The notes below the pieces were generated by a model. It made no database searches, was not told the DNA's origin, and worked only from the letters and a program-made list of their open reading frames with translations. 64,000 bases of DNA, from positions 9,428 to 73,427 of the forward strand of contig QCUQ01000003.1 in the NCBI GenBank assembly GCA_003210655.1, given 5' to 3'. The position numbers were made by a program, and so were the translations under genes. Source of the stretch: Prochlorococcus sp. AG-679-M10. GTDB lineage: Bacteria; Cyanobacteriota; Cyanobacteriia; PCC-6307; Cyanobiaceae. Of this stretch, positions 11,406 to 22,057 are shown piece by piece; the first letter of the stretch is position 1; every line of letters starts with the position of its first letter.

Positions 11406-13025
11406 ATGGAGTTTAACTTTCCTTTAAAAAATATAGCTAAAGAGCCTAATAGAGAATCTTTTAGAAAAGTTCTCATTGTTAGACTTCCTTGCAATCCGAT
11501 ATTTCCAATAGGACCTATCTATTTAGCGGATCATATTCATAAGTGTTTCCCCGAGATTGAGCAGCAATTCATAGATTTAGCAATAGTACCTCTAAATAAC
11601 GTATCTAAATATTTAAAAAGAAAAATTGACCAATTCAGACCTCATCTAATCATTTATTCTTGGAGAGACATACAAATATACGCACCAGTTGACGGAAGAA
11701 GCGGCAATCCTTTGCAAAACTCATTTGAAGTTTTTTACTCGAATAATATTTTTAAAAAAATTAGAGGTGCTTGGGGAGGTCTAAAGTTAATAACATCACA
11801 TTATGAAGAAATAAATAGAAATACATCTTTAGTCAAGATGGGTCTCAATAGAGCTCAAAAATATAACAAATCTGTAAAAGTGATTTTAGGAGGAGGAGCT
11901 GTAAGCGTTTTCTACGAACAGCTAGGTAAATTATTACCCAAAGGTACAATAATTTCTGTTGGAGAAGGTGAGAACCTTATCGAAAAAGTTCTTAAGGGTG
12001 ATTCAATTATCGAAGAAAGGTGTTATCTGGCTGGGCAAAAACCTAGAAATAAATTAATTCATGAACAGCCATCCGGAACTATTAAAACAGCTTGTAACTA
12101 CAAATATATTAAGTCTATTTGGGCTGAGTTTGATTGGTACATAGAAGGTGGTGATTATTATGTAGGAGTTCAAACCAAAAGAGGTTGTCCACATAATTGT
12201 TGTTTTTGCGTTTATGGAGTTGTAGAGGGTAAAAAAGTTCGAGTTAATCCCGTAAATGAAATTATTGAAGAAATGAAGCAACTTTATGAGATGGGCGTTA
12301 GAGGTTTTTGGTTTACTGATGCTCAATTCATTCCAACAAAGAATCATATTCAAGACGCGAAATTACTTCTTCAAGCTATAAAAGATCAGGGTTGGACCGA
12401 TCTTAAGTGGGCGGCATATATTAGAGCAGATAATATTGATCGTGAATTAGCTGAATTAATGGTTGAGACAGGAATGAGTTATTTTGAGATCGGGATTACA
12501 TCAGGATCTCAGGAACTTGTTAGAAAAATGAGACTAGCATATAACCTTAAAACTGTACTTGAAAATTGTAGAATGCTTGTTAAAGCAGGGTTTAGAAATC
12601 ATGTCTCAGTTAATTACTCATTTAATGTTTTTGATGAAACCCCTAATACCATTAAACAAACTATTGCTTATCATAGAGAGTTAGAAAGTATCTTTGGGAA
12701 AGGTTTAGTAGATCCAGCTATATTTTTTATAGGTTTACAACCTCATACTCTTTTGGAAAAGTATGCTCTAGAAAATAATATATTAAAACCTAGTTACAAT
12801 CCAATGAGTATGATGCCTTGGACAGCTCGAAAACTTTTATGGAACCCTGGTCCTCTAGGTAAAAAACTGGGAGAGGTATGTTTAGAAGCTTTTGATAATA
12901 AAGATGATGAATTTGGAAAAACAGTTATTAACATTTTGGAAAGAAATTATGGTAAATCATCCTTAGATGATTCTCTAAAAGTTCGTAAATTAGCAGAAAG
13001 AAAGCTTACTGCGGTAAAAGTTTAA
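11406..13025 (+). CDS. radical SAM protein, Slr0320-like (PSII high-light acclimation family)
   Basis: RLPCNPIFPIGPIYLADH N-terminus and CPHNCCFC CxxxCxxC motif. Confidence 0.88.
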   Translation: MEFNFPLKNIAKEPNRESFRKVLIVRLPCNPIFPIGPIYLADHIHKCFPEIEQQFIDLAIVPLNNVSKYLKRKIDQFRPHLIIYSWRDIQIYAPVDGRSGNPLQNSFEVFYSNNIFKKIRGAWGGLKLITSHYEEINRNTSLVKMGLNRAQKYNKSVKVILGGGAVSVFYEQLGKLLPKGTIISVGEGENLIEKVLKGDSIIEERCYLAGQKPRNKLIHEQPSGTIKTACNYKYIKSIWAEFDWYIEGGDYYVGVQTKRGCPHNCCFCVYGVVEGKKVRVNPVNEIIEEMKQLYEMGVRGFWFTDAQFIPTKNHIQDAKLLLQAIKDQGWTDLKWAAYIRADNIDRELAELMVETGMSYFEIGITSGSQELVRKMRLAYNLKTVLENCRMLVKAGFRNHVSVNYSFNVFDETPNTIKQTIAYHRELESIFGKGLVDPAIFFIGLQPHTLLEKYALENNILKPSYNPMSMMPWTARKLLWNPGPLGKKLGEVCLEAFDNKDDEFGKTVINILERNYGKSSLDDSLKVRKLAERKLTAVKV

Positions 13026-13059
13026 AAGTATTTAAAATCAATTCATTCCTAGAAGATAA

Positions 13060-13377
13060 TTAATCTTCTTTTTCAATTGAACTTGATATCCCTTTGGATT
13101 TCAAAGATTCTGAATAAAATTCAGCCGGCTCTAAATCACATACTATAACTAAACCAACACCAGTATTATGAGCTTCAAGCATAATAGAAATAGCATCTTG
13201 TTCGCTCAATTGTGGTACTACTTCTCTAAGTGCATTAGTGACATATTCCATAGAATTAACAGGGTCATTGTGAAGTAAAACTTTATATTTTGGTGATTTG
13301 TTTTTTAACGGTGCTGTTTTTTTCTCCAACACTGCTGCGTTATTATTTTCCCCTTTTTCAAACTTTATATTTGACAT
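13060..13377 (-). CDS. clpS: ATP-dependent Clp protease adaptor ClpS
   Basis: YKVLLHNDPVNSMEYV and MLEAHNTG motifs. Confidence 0.95.
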   Translation of the reverse strand: MSNIKFEKGENNNAAVLEKKTAPLKNKSPKYKVLLHNDPVNSMEYVTNALREVVPQLSEQDAISIMLEAHNTGVGLVIVCDLEPAEFYSESLKSKGISSSIEKED

Positions 13378-13414
13378 TACTTTTTGATTGTAATTACAAG
13401 AAAAACTATTTTTA

Positions 13415-14641
13415 TTATATATTAATTATTCGTTCCATTGCATTATTAACATTCACTCTTGAATTAAAGGCAGATAATCGAAAATAGCCCTCACCCGCCA
13501 ATCCAAATCCACTTCCTGGTGTGCCTACGACATCAGCTTTTTCAAGTAAATAATCGAAAAAGTCCCAAGAAGTCATTCTATCTGGTACTTTCATCCAAAC
13601 ATATGGTGCATTATCACCTCCATAAACTTTAAAACCTGCACTTCTGAGCTTATTTTGCATAATTTCTGCATTTTTCATATAAAAGTCAATTAAAGAATTA
13701 ACCTCTTTTTTACCTTGCGAAGAATACACCGCCTCAGCTCCTCTTTGTACGATGTAGCTTACCCCATTAAATTTAGTACCTTGACGCCTATTCCATAATG
13801 ACCATAAATCAACTTCATCGCCTTTTGAATTTTGTCCTAATAGATTTTTTGGTATTACTGTATAAGCACATCTAACTCCAGTAAAACCTGCATTTTTTGA
13901 GAAGGATCTAAATTCTATAGCACAATTCTTTGCTCCCTCAATCTCATATATTGAATGAGGAATATCTTTATCTTGAATAAAAGCTTCATAGGCTGCATCG
14001 AAAAGTATCAAAGACTTATTTTCGATAGCGTAGTCAACCCATTTTTTCAATTCTTGTTTAGTAATTGTTGCCCCAGTTGGATTATTTGGAAAGCAAAGAT
14101 AAACAATATCAACTTTATTTTTTGGGATTTCAGGTTGAAAATTATTGTCTTCATTAATCGCTAAGTATATTAATCCTTGATAAGTGCCATTTTGAAGTGT
14201 GTCTCCAGTTCTCCCAGTCATCACATTAGTATCTACATAAACAGGATATACAGGATCAGTTACGGCAATTAAGTTGTCATTCCCAAGAATATCTAAAATA
14301 TTACTGCTATCGCATTTTGAACCGTCTGAAACAAATATTTCTTCCGGTGAAATTTGACAACCTCTTGAAATAAAATCTTTTATAGAAATTTTTTCCCTTA
14401 GCCATCCATATCCTTGTTCTGGTCCGTAACCTTTAAATCCACTATTTGTTCCCATTTCATTTAATGCTCTACTCATTGCATTAACACAAGCTTTAGGTAA
14501 CGGCTCCGTTACATCACCTATACCAAGCTTAATAACTTCTGAGTTGCTATTAGCTTGAGTATAATTACTAACTCTTTTTGAAATTTCAGGAAATAGATAT
14601 CCTGCTTTGAGTTTTAAATAATTTTCGTTTACTTGAACCAC
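13415..14641 (-). CDS. dapL: LL-diaminopimelate aminotransferase
   Basis: [22 protein letters not shown] and [12 protein letters not shown] (PLP lysine); GTG start. Confidence 0.96.
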   Translation of the reverse strand: MVQVNENYLKLKAGYLFPEISKRVSNYTQANSNSEVIKLGIGDVTEPLPKACVNAMSRALNEMGTNSGFKGYGPEQGYGWLREKISIKDFISRGCQISPEEIFVSDGSKCDSSNILDILGNDNLIAVTDPVYPVYVDTNVMTGRTGDTLQNGTYQGLIYLAINEDNNFQPEIPKNKVDIVYLCFPNNPTGATITKQELKKWVDYAIENKSLILFDAAYEAFIQDKDIPHSIYEIEGAKNCAIEFRSFSKNAGFTGVRCAYTVIPKNLLGQNSKGDEVDLWSLWNRRQGTKFNGVSYIVQRGAEAVYSSQGKKEVNSLIDFYMKNAEIMQNKLRSAGFKVYGGDNAPYVWMKVPDRMTSWDFFDYLLEKADVVGTPGSGFGLAGEGYFRLSAFNSRVNVNNAMERIINI

Positions 14642-14717
14642 TTTAAAATTGAAAACTTATCTTATTCAAGAGTAATAGATGAATGTACTTAAGCGGGAGT
14701 TAGATGTTAATATAAAT

Positions 14718-14937
14718 GTGGTTATGATTTAATTAAGGAATATTCATAACTACTTAATCAGTTTCAAATCGTTTGAAAGTCGTCTAAAACTTAAACATTT
14801 AGCAAATTAAACTGCTACTAATTATTTAAAAACCTAATAAACTCATCTATCAAGGAATTGTTAAAAGTAAATAATTAAATATAAAGTTATTTACTATTTA
14901 TCGATTTTCAAAAATTCAAAACATACTTAATTTTTTT
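14718..14937 (+). promoter_or_regulatory. putative structured 5' leader of rne
   Basis: Four hairpins: 14718-14753, 14762-14778, 14800-14817, 14866-14895; U-rich tract before ATG. Confidence 0.55.
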
Positions 14938-16758
14938 ATGTCTCAGCAAATTGTAATAGCTGAGCAGGCGCGTATTGCAGCACTACTCACAAATGATCAA
15001 GTTGATGAATTAATCGTCGCACAAGGTCAATATCAAATCGGAGATATTTTTTTTGGAACCGTTGAAAATGTGCTTCCAGGAATTGATGCTGCCTTTATAG
15101 ATATTGGAGAAAGTGAAAAAAATGGCTTTATTCATGTATCAGATCTAGGCCCATTAAGATTAAAAAAAGGTGTCGTAGGAATTACTGAACTTCTTGAACC
15201 AAAACAAAAAGTCCTCGTTCAAGTAATGAAAGAACCTACTGGAAATAAGGGACCTAGACTTACAGGTAATATCTCATTGCCTGGTAAATATTTAATATTG
15301 CAACCTTACGGACAAGGAGTCAATATTTCTAGGAAGATAAATACTGAGACCGAAAGAAGTCGTTTAAAAGCTCTTGGAGTTTTAATTAAACCGCCTAGCA
15401 CAGGTTTGTTATTTCGAACTGAATCCGAACAAATCAAAGAAGAATTACTTATTGAAGATTTAGAAAATTTAATTCAGCAATGGGATCGAGTTATAAAAAT
15501 TTCAGAGAGTACTCATCCACCAAATTTAATAAGTAGAGATGATGATTTTTCATTAAAAATCTTAAGAGATTGCGTTAAATCATCAACTAATAAAATTGTA
15601 ATTGATAATAAAATCGCCCTCGAAAAAGCAAAAGAATTTTTAGTTAATCATGACTCTAATGTAGATCTTGTTTTTCATAATAATGAAATAAATGAACATA
15701 TTTTAGAAAAATACCAAATTAATAAAACCATTCAAAAGGCACTTCAGCCTAGAGTAGATTTACCTTCAGGAGGATACATAATTATTGAGCCTACTGAAGC
15801 TTTGACAGTAATTGATGTAAATTCTGGTTCTTTCACAAGATCAGCTAATTCAAGACAAACTGTTTTATGGACGAATTGTGAAGCAGCTGTAGAAATTGCT
15901 AGACAAATGAAATTGCGAAACATTGGGGGGGTTTTAGTTATAGATTTTATAGATATGGAATCTCGAAGAGATCAATTTCAGTTACTTGAACATTTTACTT
16001 TAGCCATCAAAGATGATTCAGCAAGGCCACAGATAGCTCAACTAACTGAGTTAGGTTTAGTAGAATTAACGAGAAAAAGACAAGGTCAAAATATATATGA
16101 ATTATTTGGCACTAAATGTAACAATTGCAATGGACTAGGACATATAGAAAATTTACCAAATTATAAAAATCATAATTTAAAAACGAATCAAACTACAAAA
16201 AAATCTGTCAAAATAAATGATACAAAACTACCAGAAATAGCCCCAATTCAAGCAGTTGAAAATCAGGAAAAGATAGTTAAGGAAGAATCAAATAATGCCA
16301 AAATTTTAAATAAAGAAGACGATATGTCTAACAATAGGGTAAGTGATAATGAAATACTTAATACAAATAGTCGTAGAGAAAAGAAAGTAATAACTGTTGA
16401 GCTCAGTAATGATGAAAAATTTGTTTATAGCCAATTGGGTATTAATCCATTAATTAAATTAGGAAAAGAATATCTAAGTAGCAATCATTTAGTACGTTTA
16501 GAAGATTTTAACAACACAGAAAAACAAACTGCTTTTGAGCATAATGAAAAATCAAATGCTAAAGTTTCAAGTAAAAAAGCAAATAAAAAAACTACAACTT
16601 TTAATTCAAAAGAAGAGGTCGAAGCAGATCAACCTAAAGAAGTTAACCCCGACAATAAATTGCCGAAAGTAACAAATGAGAACGAGGAAATAGAATTAAT
16701 AGATGAAATTGATAACTCAAGAAGGAAAAGAAGAAGATCATCTGCAAATATTGAATAA
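14938..16758 (+). CDS. rne: ribonuclease E
   Basis: S1 domain (AAFIDIG), IDVNSG, IDFIDM, Zn-link CNNCNG, C-terminal RRKRRRSSA motif typical of cyanobacterial RNase E. Confidence 0.97.
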   Translation: MSQQIVIAEQARIAALLTNDQVDELIVAQGQYQIGDIFFGTVENVLPGIDAAFIDIGESEKNGFIHVSDLGPLRLKKGVVGITELLEPKQKVLVQVMKEPTGNKGPRLTGNISLPGKYLILQPYGQGVNISRKINTETERSRLKALGVLIKPPSTGLLFRTESEQIKEELLIEDLENLIQQWDRVIKISESTHPPNLISRDDDFSLKILRDCVKSSTNKIVIDNKIALEKAKEFLVNHDSNVDLVFHNNEINEHILEKYQINKTIQKALQPRVDLPSGGYIIIEPTEALTVIDVNSGSFTRSANSRQTVLWTNCEAAVEIARQMKLRNIGGVLVIDFIDMESRRDQFQLLEHFTLAIKDDSARPQIAQLTELGLVELTRKRQGQNIYELFGTKCNNCNGLGHIENLPNYKNHNLKTNQTTKKSVKINDTKLPEIAPIQAVENQEKIVKEESNNAKILNKEDDMSNNRVSDNEILNTNSRREKKVITVELSNDEKFVYSQLGINPLIKLGKEYLSSNHLVRLEDFNNTEKQTAFEHNEKSNAKVSSKKANKKTTTFNSKEEVEADQPKEVNPDNKLPKVTNENEEIELIDEIDNSRRKRRRSSANIE

Positions 16759-17332
16759 AGTTTCTGAGATAGGTATGGACGAAGTAGGTCGTGGTTCGGT
16801 TTTTGGACCTGTACTTTCTGCAGTGATAGTTCTTACTGAAAAAAATGGATTATCTCTTAAGAGGTTGGGAGTTAATGATAGTAAAAAATTAACTCCACAA
16901 AAAAGAGAAGATATTTTTTCTAAAATTATTGAATTATCATCAGATTATGGATTAGGTCAGTCTTCAGTAAGAGAAATAGATACGTTGGGGATAAGATATG
17001 CAACTGAACTTTCAATGATTAGAGCAGTTAAAAAGTTAAAACATATGCCATCTGAACTAATAATTGACGGTCCATTATCATTAAGACTTTGGGATGGTAA
17101 TCAAAGAAATATAATTTCGGGTGATTCTAAATTTATTTCAATAGCTGCTGCAAGCATAATTGCTAAGGTAACGCGTGACTCTTTGATGGAAAGATTAGAA
17201 AGCAAATATCCAGGATATTTAATTTTTAAAAATAAAGGATATGGCACTAAACAACATTTTTCAAGTCTTAAGAAAAATGGACTAACCAATCTCCATAGAA
17301 AAAGTTTCTTGAATAAGTTAAATTTGATTTAA
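16751..17332 (+). CDS. rnhB: ribonuclease HII
   Basis: [31 protein letters not shown] and HRKSF motifs; TTG 16751 preferred over ATG 16703 (uncertain). Confidence 0.95.
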   Translation: MNKVSEIGMDEVGRGSVFGPVLSAVIVLTEKNGLSLKRLGVNDSKKLTPQKREDIFSKIIELSSDYGLGQSSVREIDTLGIRYATELSMIRAVKKLKHMPSELIIDGPLSLRLWDGNQRNIISGDSKFISIAAASIIAKVTRDSLMERLESKYPGYLIFKNKGYGTKQHFSSLKKNGLTNLHRKSFLNKLNLI

Positions 17333-17836
17333 TTCACACCAATTTACAAAATCTTTTATTAATTGTTGCTGAACTCTAGATTTTATTCCTAATAAAATTC
17401 CATTCAATACTGAATGACCTGTAGATTCCAAAATTTTCTTTGGCAAAAGTTTTAAAAGAGGAGGTTGACTTACTGAAACTCCGAGTAGGGCTTCACCTTC
17501 TAACCCAAAATCAGTTGCCTCCAAATTTGCTTTCAAAATTAAATTAAAATCTTCAACTATACCTAAACCATCTAATTTACTATCAAGTGCACTCATTTTT
17601 AAAACACCCTCTTTATACTCAACTGCAATTGATACAACAGGGTTAACATCTAATTGAAAAACCTTGAAACTTGTTACAGTATACTTATACATCCCTTCCC
17701 CTTCAGGTTCTAATTTATTGGGGTCTAGCATTGCTCCAACAACTCTTTCTTCCTCCAAAAGATATTTAGAAAGATATTCTTTATTCCTAGTAACAGAAAG
17801 CTTAAGTTTCTGTTTAGCATCAAAAGCTAAAAGCAT
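17318..17836 (-). CDS. DUF1997-like conserved cyanobacterial protein
   Basis: 172-aa ORF with [16 protein letters not shown] segment; located between rnhB and pheA. Confidence 0.75.
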   Translation of the reverse strand: MLLAFDAKQKLKLSVTRNKEYLSKYLLEEERVVGAMLDPNKLEPEGEGMYKYTVTSFKVFQLDVNPVVSIAVEYKEGVLKMSALDSKLDGLGIVEDFNLILKANLEATDFGLEGEALLGVSVSQPPLLKLLPKKILESTGHSVLNGILLGIKSRVQQQLIKDFVNWCELNQI

Positions 17837-17888
17837 TTTCTATATACCCCCAATGCTTATTTGATCTCTTTTTTTCTTACAATTAATC

Positions 17889-18734
17889 ATGAGCAAACAA
17901 GTTGCATATTTAGGCCCTAAAGGGACATACGCGGAAAAAGCAGCTCATATTTTATCGAAGCTTGCTAATTTCAAGTCACCTTTATTTGTACCATGTAACG
18001 GGCTATATTCGGTTATAAAATCAATAGCCTACAACAATTGTGATGCAGCAATAGTACCCATTGAGAACTCTGTTGAAGGAGGAGTAACAACGACTTTAGA
18101 CGCACTTTGGAAATTCTCTGATATTAATATAAATAAAGCAATTGTTTTGCCAATAAAACATGCGTTAATAAGTGATGGCAAGATTTCAGAGATCTCTGAG
18201 GTATTATCTCATCCACAAGCTTTAGCTCAATGCTCAGAATGGTTATCGGAGAATCTTCCAGAAGCGATTACTTTATCAACCAATTCAACGTCAGAAGCTG
18301 TGAATATGGTAAAAGGAAGTTCATTTAGAGCAGCTATTGGATCGAAATCTCTTATTGAAATAGAAGGACTTAAAGAATTAGCATTTCCTATTAATGATGT
18401 TCCGGGTAATTGTACAAGATTTGTTTTGTTGAGTAAAGAATATATTGTAGATAGATCCAATATTGCCAGTTTTGCATTCTCATTACTTTCAAATAATCCT
18501 GGTGCTTTACTAGAAGCTTTAAATTTCATTGCAGAACTTGGATTCAATATGAGCAAGATAGAATCAAGACCTTCGAAGAGAGAGCTAGGAGAATATATAA
18601 TCTATGTTGATATTGAAATAAATAGTAAGACTAATATTGAAGACTTTAATAAATTGAAGAAAAAACTAAAACCCTTATGTGAGCATTTAGTAGATTTCGG
18701 CTGTTATTTATCAGAAAAGATTAATTTAGATTAA
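17889..18734 (+). CDS. pheA: prephenate dehydratase
   Basis: AYLGPKGTY, VPIENSVEG, SHPQALAQC, NCTRF and ACT-domain KIESRP. Confidence 0.97.
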   Translation: MSKQVAYLGPKGTYAEKAAHILSKLANFKSPLFVPCNGLYSVIKSIAYNNCDAAIVPIENSVEGGVTTTLDALWKFSDININKAIVLPIKHALISDGKISEISEVLSHPQALAQCSEWLSENLPEAITLSTNSTSEAVNMVKGSSFRAAIGSKSLIEIEGLKELAFPINDVPGNCTRFVLLSKEYIVDRSNIASFAFSLLSNNPGALLEALNFIAELGFNMSKIESRPSKRELGEYIIYVDIEINSKTNIEDFNKLKKKLKPLCEHLVDFGCYLSEKINLD

Positions 18735-19670
18735 TTAACCTCTACATTTATAAACTCCAAATTCCATTAAACCCTTTTTAAAGGCCCAATCCATTAATAA
18801 TATTGTAGGTATTTCTCTTATAGACTTTATAATTGCTCCTGGACCAAGGGACAAAATTGTATTAGGTCTTCTCACTCCTTCAAATATAGAATCAAACCAA
18901 GATGGATTTGTAAAAGAATTCCAGTTGTCAGATATAACTTTACCTGAACTATTTTTATTATTAATAAGAATACTACTAAAGTCACTGATACTAATAAATT
19001 TTGGATGTACCCACTGTTCAAGCAATTGTTTTAAAATTATTTTTTCAAGCATTGATGGGGGTTGCATTTGTAAATCTCTTGAATTCCAATCAGCCAATGC
19101 TAAGTATCCTCCGGGTCTTAAAGTTCTTAACATTTGATCTGCAAATTTAGTTTTATTATTCATATGGGCTCCTGCCTCAACACTCCAAACACCATCAAAG
19201 GTCCCTTCTTCAAATCTTAAATCCAAAGCATCCATAACTTTAAATTTACATGTACATTCATAGGGAGTAAGTTCAGTAGCTCTTTTTACTTGAGCAGGAC
19301 TAATAGTTATTCCAGTAACATTAAATCCATAATAATTCGCCAAAATCCTAGAACTTCCACCTATTCCACAACCTACATCTAAAACCCTAGAACCTCTGGG
19401 CAATTTATCTAAACCACTCCAACTTACTAACTCATGAACAAATTGCACTTTAGCTTCTCTAAAATCAATATTTTTCTTTGGAGGATAGAAACCTAAATGA
19501 ATATGCTCTCCCCATAATCTTTCTAGTAATTTATCCTGAGTCCAAGAATCATATGCTGAAGCTACAGTTCCCGAAGAAATGTATTTTCTAGTATTAATTC
19601 TCCAAAGTATTAAAGAAAAAAATAATAATATTAATAATGTGACAAGAAAAGATATTAAAAATATAGACAT
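18735..19670 (-). CDS. SAM-dependent methyltransferase, tocopherol/MPBQ-MSBQ methyltransferase-like
   Basis: WGEHIHLGFY, VLDVGCGIGGS and FDGVWSVEAGAH motifs; N-terminal TM. Confidence 0.85.
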   Translation of the reverse strand: MSIFLISFLVTLLILLFFSLILWRINTRKYISSGTVASAYDSWTQDKLLERLWGEHIHLGFYPPKKNIDFREAKVQFVHELVSWSGLDKLPRGSRVLDVGCGIGGSSRILANYYGFNVTGITISPAQVKRATELTPYECTCKFKVMDALDLRFEEGTFDGVWSVEAGAHMNNKTKFADQMLRTLRPGGYLALADWNSRDLQMQPPSMLEKIILKQLLEQWVHPKFISISDFSSILINNKNSSGKVISDNWNSFTNPSWFDSIFEGVRRPNTILSLGPGAIIKSIREIPTILLMDWAFKKGLMEFGVYKCRG

Positions 19671-20328
19671 TTAGTTTTCTTTGATATCAGGAAAGCTTTC
19701 TTTTAAAGCTGTTCTAGCTGCTAATTGTTTTCTAGTATGATCTAACATTTCAAACTCTCTTTGCAAACGAGTATGTGTATTCCTCTCCTCTAAAAGTTTT
19801 TGCTGTTCTTCAGCTACTGGCCCCCCCCAAATGAGCACCTATCCAAAAAGATAATTCCATAGGGTTCTCGGGTAACTTATCAGGAAGAACTTTTTGAGAA
19901 TTAGTTAATTTGCTAGTTAATTTAACTACATCATTTAATGCTTCCGTAACTGAATCTCTTAAAAGGTCTAAGCTTTGAAAACTGTCAATATTTTCGTCGG
20001 TGATCCAACTCACCATTGCTGAGCAATAGGGTGTAGAACGTATAATTTCAAGAACTTGAAATCTTTGCTGTCCTAATGTAATTATATTACTTCTACCATC
20101 TTCGGCCGTTTGATGTTTAATTATCTGAGCACAACAGCCTACGTTAGCCATACTCTTTTTATTGGGATCCCATTTAATTACTCCAAACATAGAATCTGAT
20201 TCAAGTACAGATTTAAGCATAATTCTATATCTCGACTCAAAAATATGTAGTGGCAAGACTTCTTGAGGAAAAAGAACAACTTCTGGGAGAGGAAATAACG
20301 GTAATTCCCTTACTGAAAGCTCTCCCAT
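19671..20328 (-). CDS. Lon protease N-terminal (substrate-binding) domain protein, interrupted by +1 frameshift at G8 tract 19821-19828
   Basis: ELPLFPLPEVVLFP...LHIFESRY; removing one G continues as PVAEEQQKLLEERNTHTRLQREFEMLDHTRKQLAARTALKESFPDIKEN* ending at 19671. Confidence 0.88.
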
Positions 20329-20384
20329 ATAAACCTCAAATTATTATTTTTATTTTAGTGAATTAAAGTTCTATTCGGGATTTC

Positions 20385-20705
20385 TTATAATTTGACTTCT
20401 ATGTCTACCCCACTAGGAAGATCCAATTTCATTAAAGCATCTATAGTTTTTGCAGAAGGGCTATAAATATCAATTATTCTTCTATGAGTTCTGGTCTCAA
20501 AATGCTCTCTAGAATCCTTATCTACATGAGGTGATCTTAAGACGCAGTAAATTTTTCTCTTGGTTGGTAATGGAATAGGTCCGATAGCTGAAGCAGCAGT
20601 TGTATCCGCCGTTTGAATTATTTTGTCACAAGATAAATCTAGCATCCTTCTATCAAAGGCTTTCAATCTAATTCGTATTTTTTGCTGAGTAAGTGAAGCT
20701 GTCAT
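20385..20705 (-). CDS. rpsJ: 30S ribosomal protein S10
   Basis: [17 protein letters not shown] and [14 protein letters not shown]. Confidence 0.99.
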   Translation of the reverse strand: MTASLTQQKIRIRLKAFDRRMLDLSCDKIIQTADTTAASAIGPIPLPTKRKIYCVLRSPHVDKDSREHFETRTHRRIIDIYSPSAKTIDALMKLDLPSGVDIEVKL

Positions 20706-20731
20706 AAGTGTAAATTAGTCTCTTTGTAAAG

Positions 20732-20754
20732 GGGTTATTGATAATCAATAACCC
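20732..20754 (-). terminator. hairpin between tuf and rpsJ (partial terminator or mRNA stabiliser)
   Basis: GGGTTATTGA-TTA-TCAATAACCC perfect stem followed by only a short T run on the minus strand. Confidence 0.6.
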
Positions 20755-20814
20755 ATAACTCGTTATCTAAATATTTTAGATTATCAAAGGTTAACTTCGT
20801 AAAATTAAAGGAAA

Positions 20815-22014
20815 TTATTCAATAATTTTAGAAACAACACCAGCTCCGATTGTGCGACCACCTTCGCGAATAGCAAAGCGCATACCTTGTTCAATAGCAA
20901 CTGGACAAATTAATTCACCTGTCATTTTTATCCTGTCACCGGGCATTACCATTTCAACATTGGCACCATCATCAGATGTGAAAGCAGTGATTTGTCCTGT
21001 TACATCTGTTGTTCTTATATAAAATTGTGGTCTATAACCAGCAAAGAAAGGAGTATGTCTTCCACCTTCTTCTTTCTTAAGAACATAAACTTCTCCTTCA
21101 AATTTTGTATGAGGAGTAATAGAACCTTTTTTAACAAGAACCATACCTCTCTCAATATCTTCTTTTTGAACACCACGTAACAGTAGACCAACATTATCTC
21201 CCGCCATTCCTTCATCAAGAAGTTTACGGAACATTTCAACACCAGTAACAGTAGTCAGTCTTGTATCTCTTATACCGACGATTTCAACTTCTTCTCCAAC
21301 TTTGACTTTTCCTCTTTCTATTCTTCCTGTTGCAACTGTTCCTCTACCTGTAATAGAAAATACATCTTCAATTGCCATCAAAAATGGCTTATCAATTTCT
21401 CTTTCTGGTTCAGGGATACTAGCGTCAACAGCCGTCATTAATTCTTCAATTTTAGATTCCCAAGTAGAATCTCCTTCTAAAGCTTTTAGACCTGAAACTT
21501 GAATGATAGGTATATCATCACCTGGAAAATCATAACTATCAAGAAGTTCTCTGATTTCCATTTCAACAAGTTCAATAATTTCCTCATCATCTACCATGTC
21601 ACATTTATTCAATGCAACAACTAAGGCAGGAACTCCAACTTGTTTTGCCAGAAGAATGTGCTCTTTTGTTTGAGCCATAGGACCGTCGGTAGCAGCGCAA
21701 ACTAAAATCGCACCATCCATTTGAGCAGCACCAGTGATCATATTTTTCACATAATCAGCGTGACCTGGACAGTCAACGTGAGCATAATGTCTGCCTTCTG
21801 TTTCGTATTCAACGTGTGCAGTATTAATTGTAATGCCACGTTCTCTTTCTTCTGGAGCACCATCTATGTCTCCATAATCTTGTGCTTGTGCTTGACCTTT
21901 TTTAGCTAGAACATTAGTAATAGCAGCAGTCAGGGTTGTTTTTCCATGATCAACGTGGCCAATAGTACCTATGTTGACATGTGGTTTGTTCCTTTCGAAC
22001 TTCTCGCGAGCCAT
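20815..22014 (-). CDS. tuf: elongation factor Tu
   Basis: [28 protein letters not shown]. Confidence 0.99.
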   Translation of the reverse strand: MAREKFERNKPHVNIGTIGHVDHGKTTLTAAITNVLAKKGQAQAQDYGDIDGAPEERERGITINTAHVEYETEGRHYAHVDCPGHADYVKNMITGAAQMDGAILVCAATDGPMAQTKEHILLAKQVGVPALVVALNKCDMVDDEEIIELVEMEIRELLDSYDFPGDDIPIIQVSGLKALEGDSTWESKIEELMTAVDASIPEPEREIDKPFLMAIEDVFSITGRGTVATGRIERGKVKVGEEVEIVGIRDTRLTTVTGVEMFRKLLDEGMAGDNVGLLLRGVQKEDIERGMVLVKKGSITPHTKFEGEVYVLKKEEGGRHTPFFAGYRPQFYIRTTDVTGQITAFTSDDGANVEMVMPGDRIKMTGELICPVAIEQGMRFAIREGGRTIGAGVVSKIIE

Positions 22015-22057
22015 TTGAATTAAAGAATCGAGGGTTAAAGAGTGTTTAGTTTAGAGA

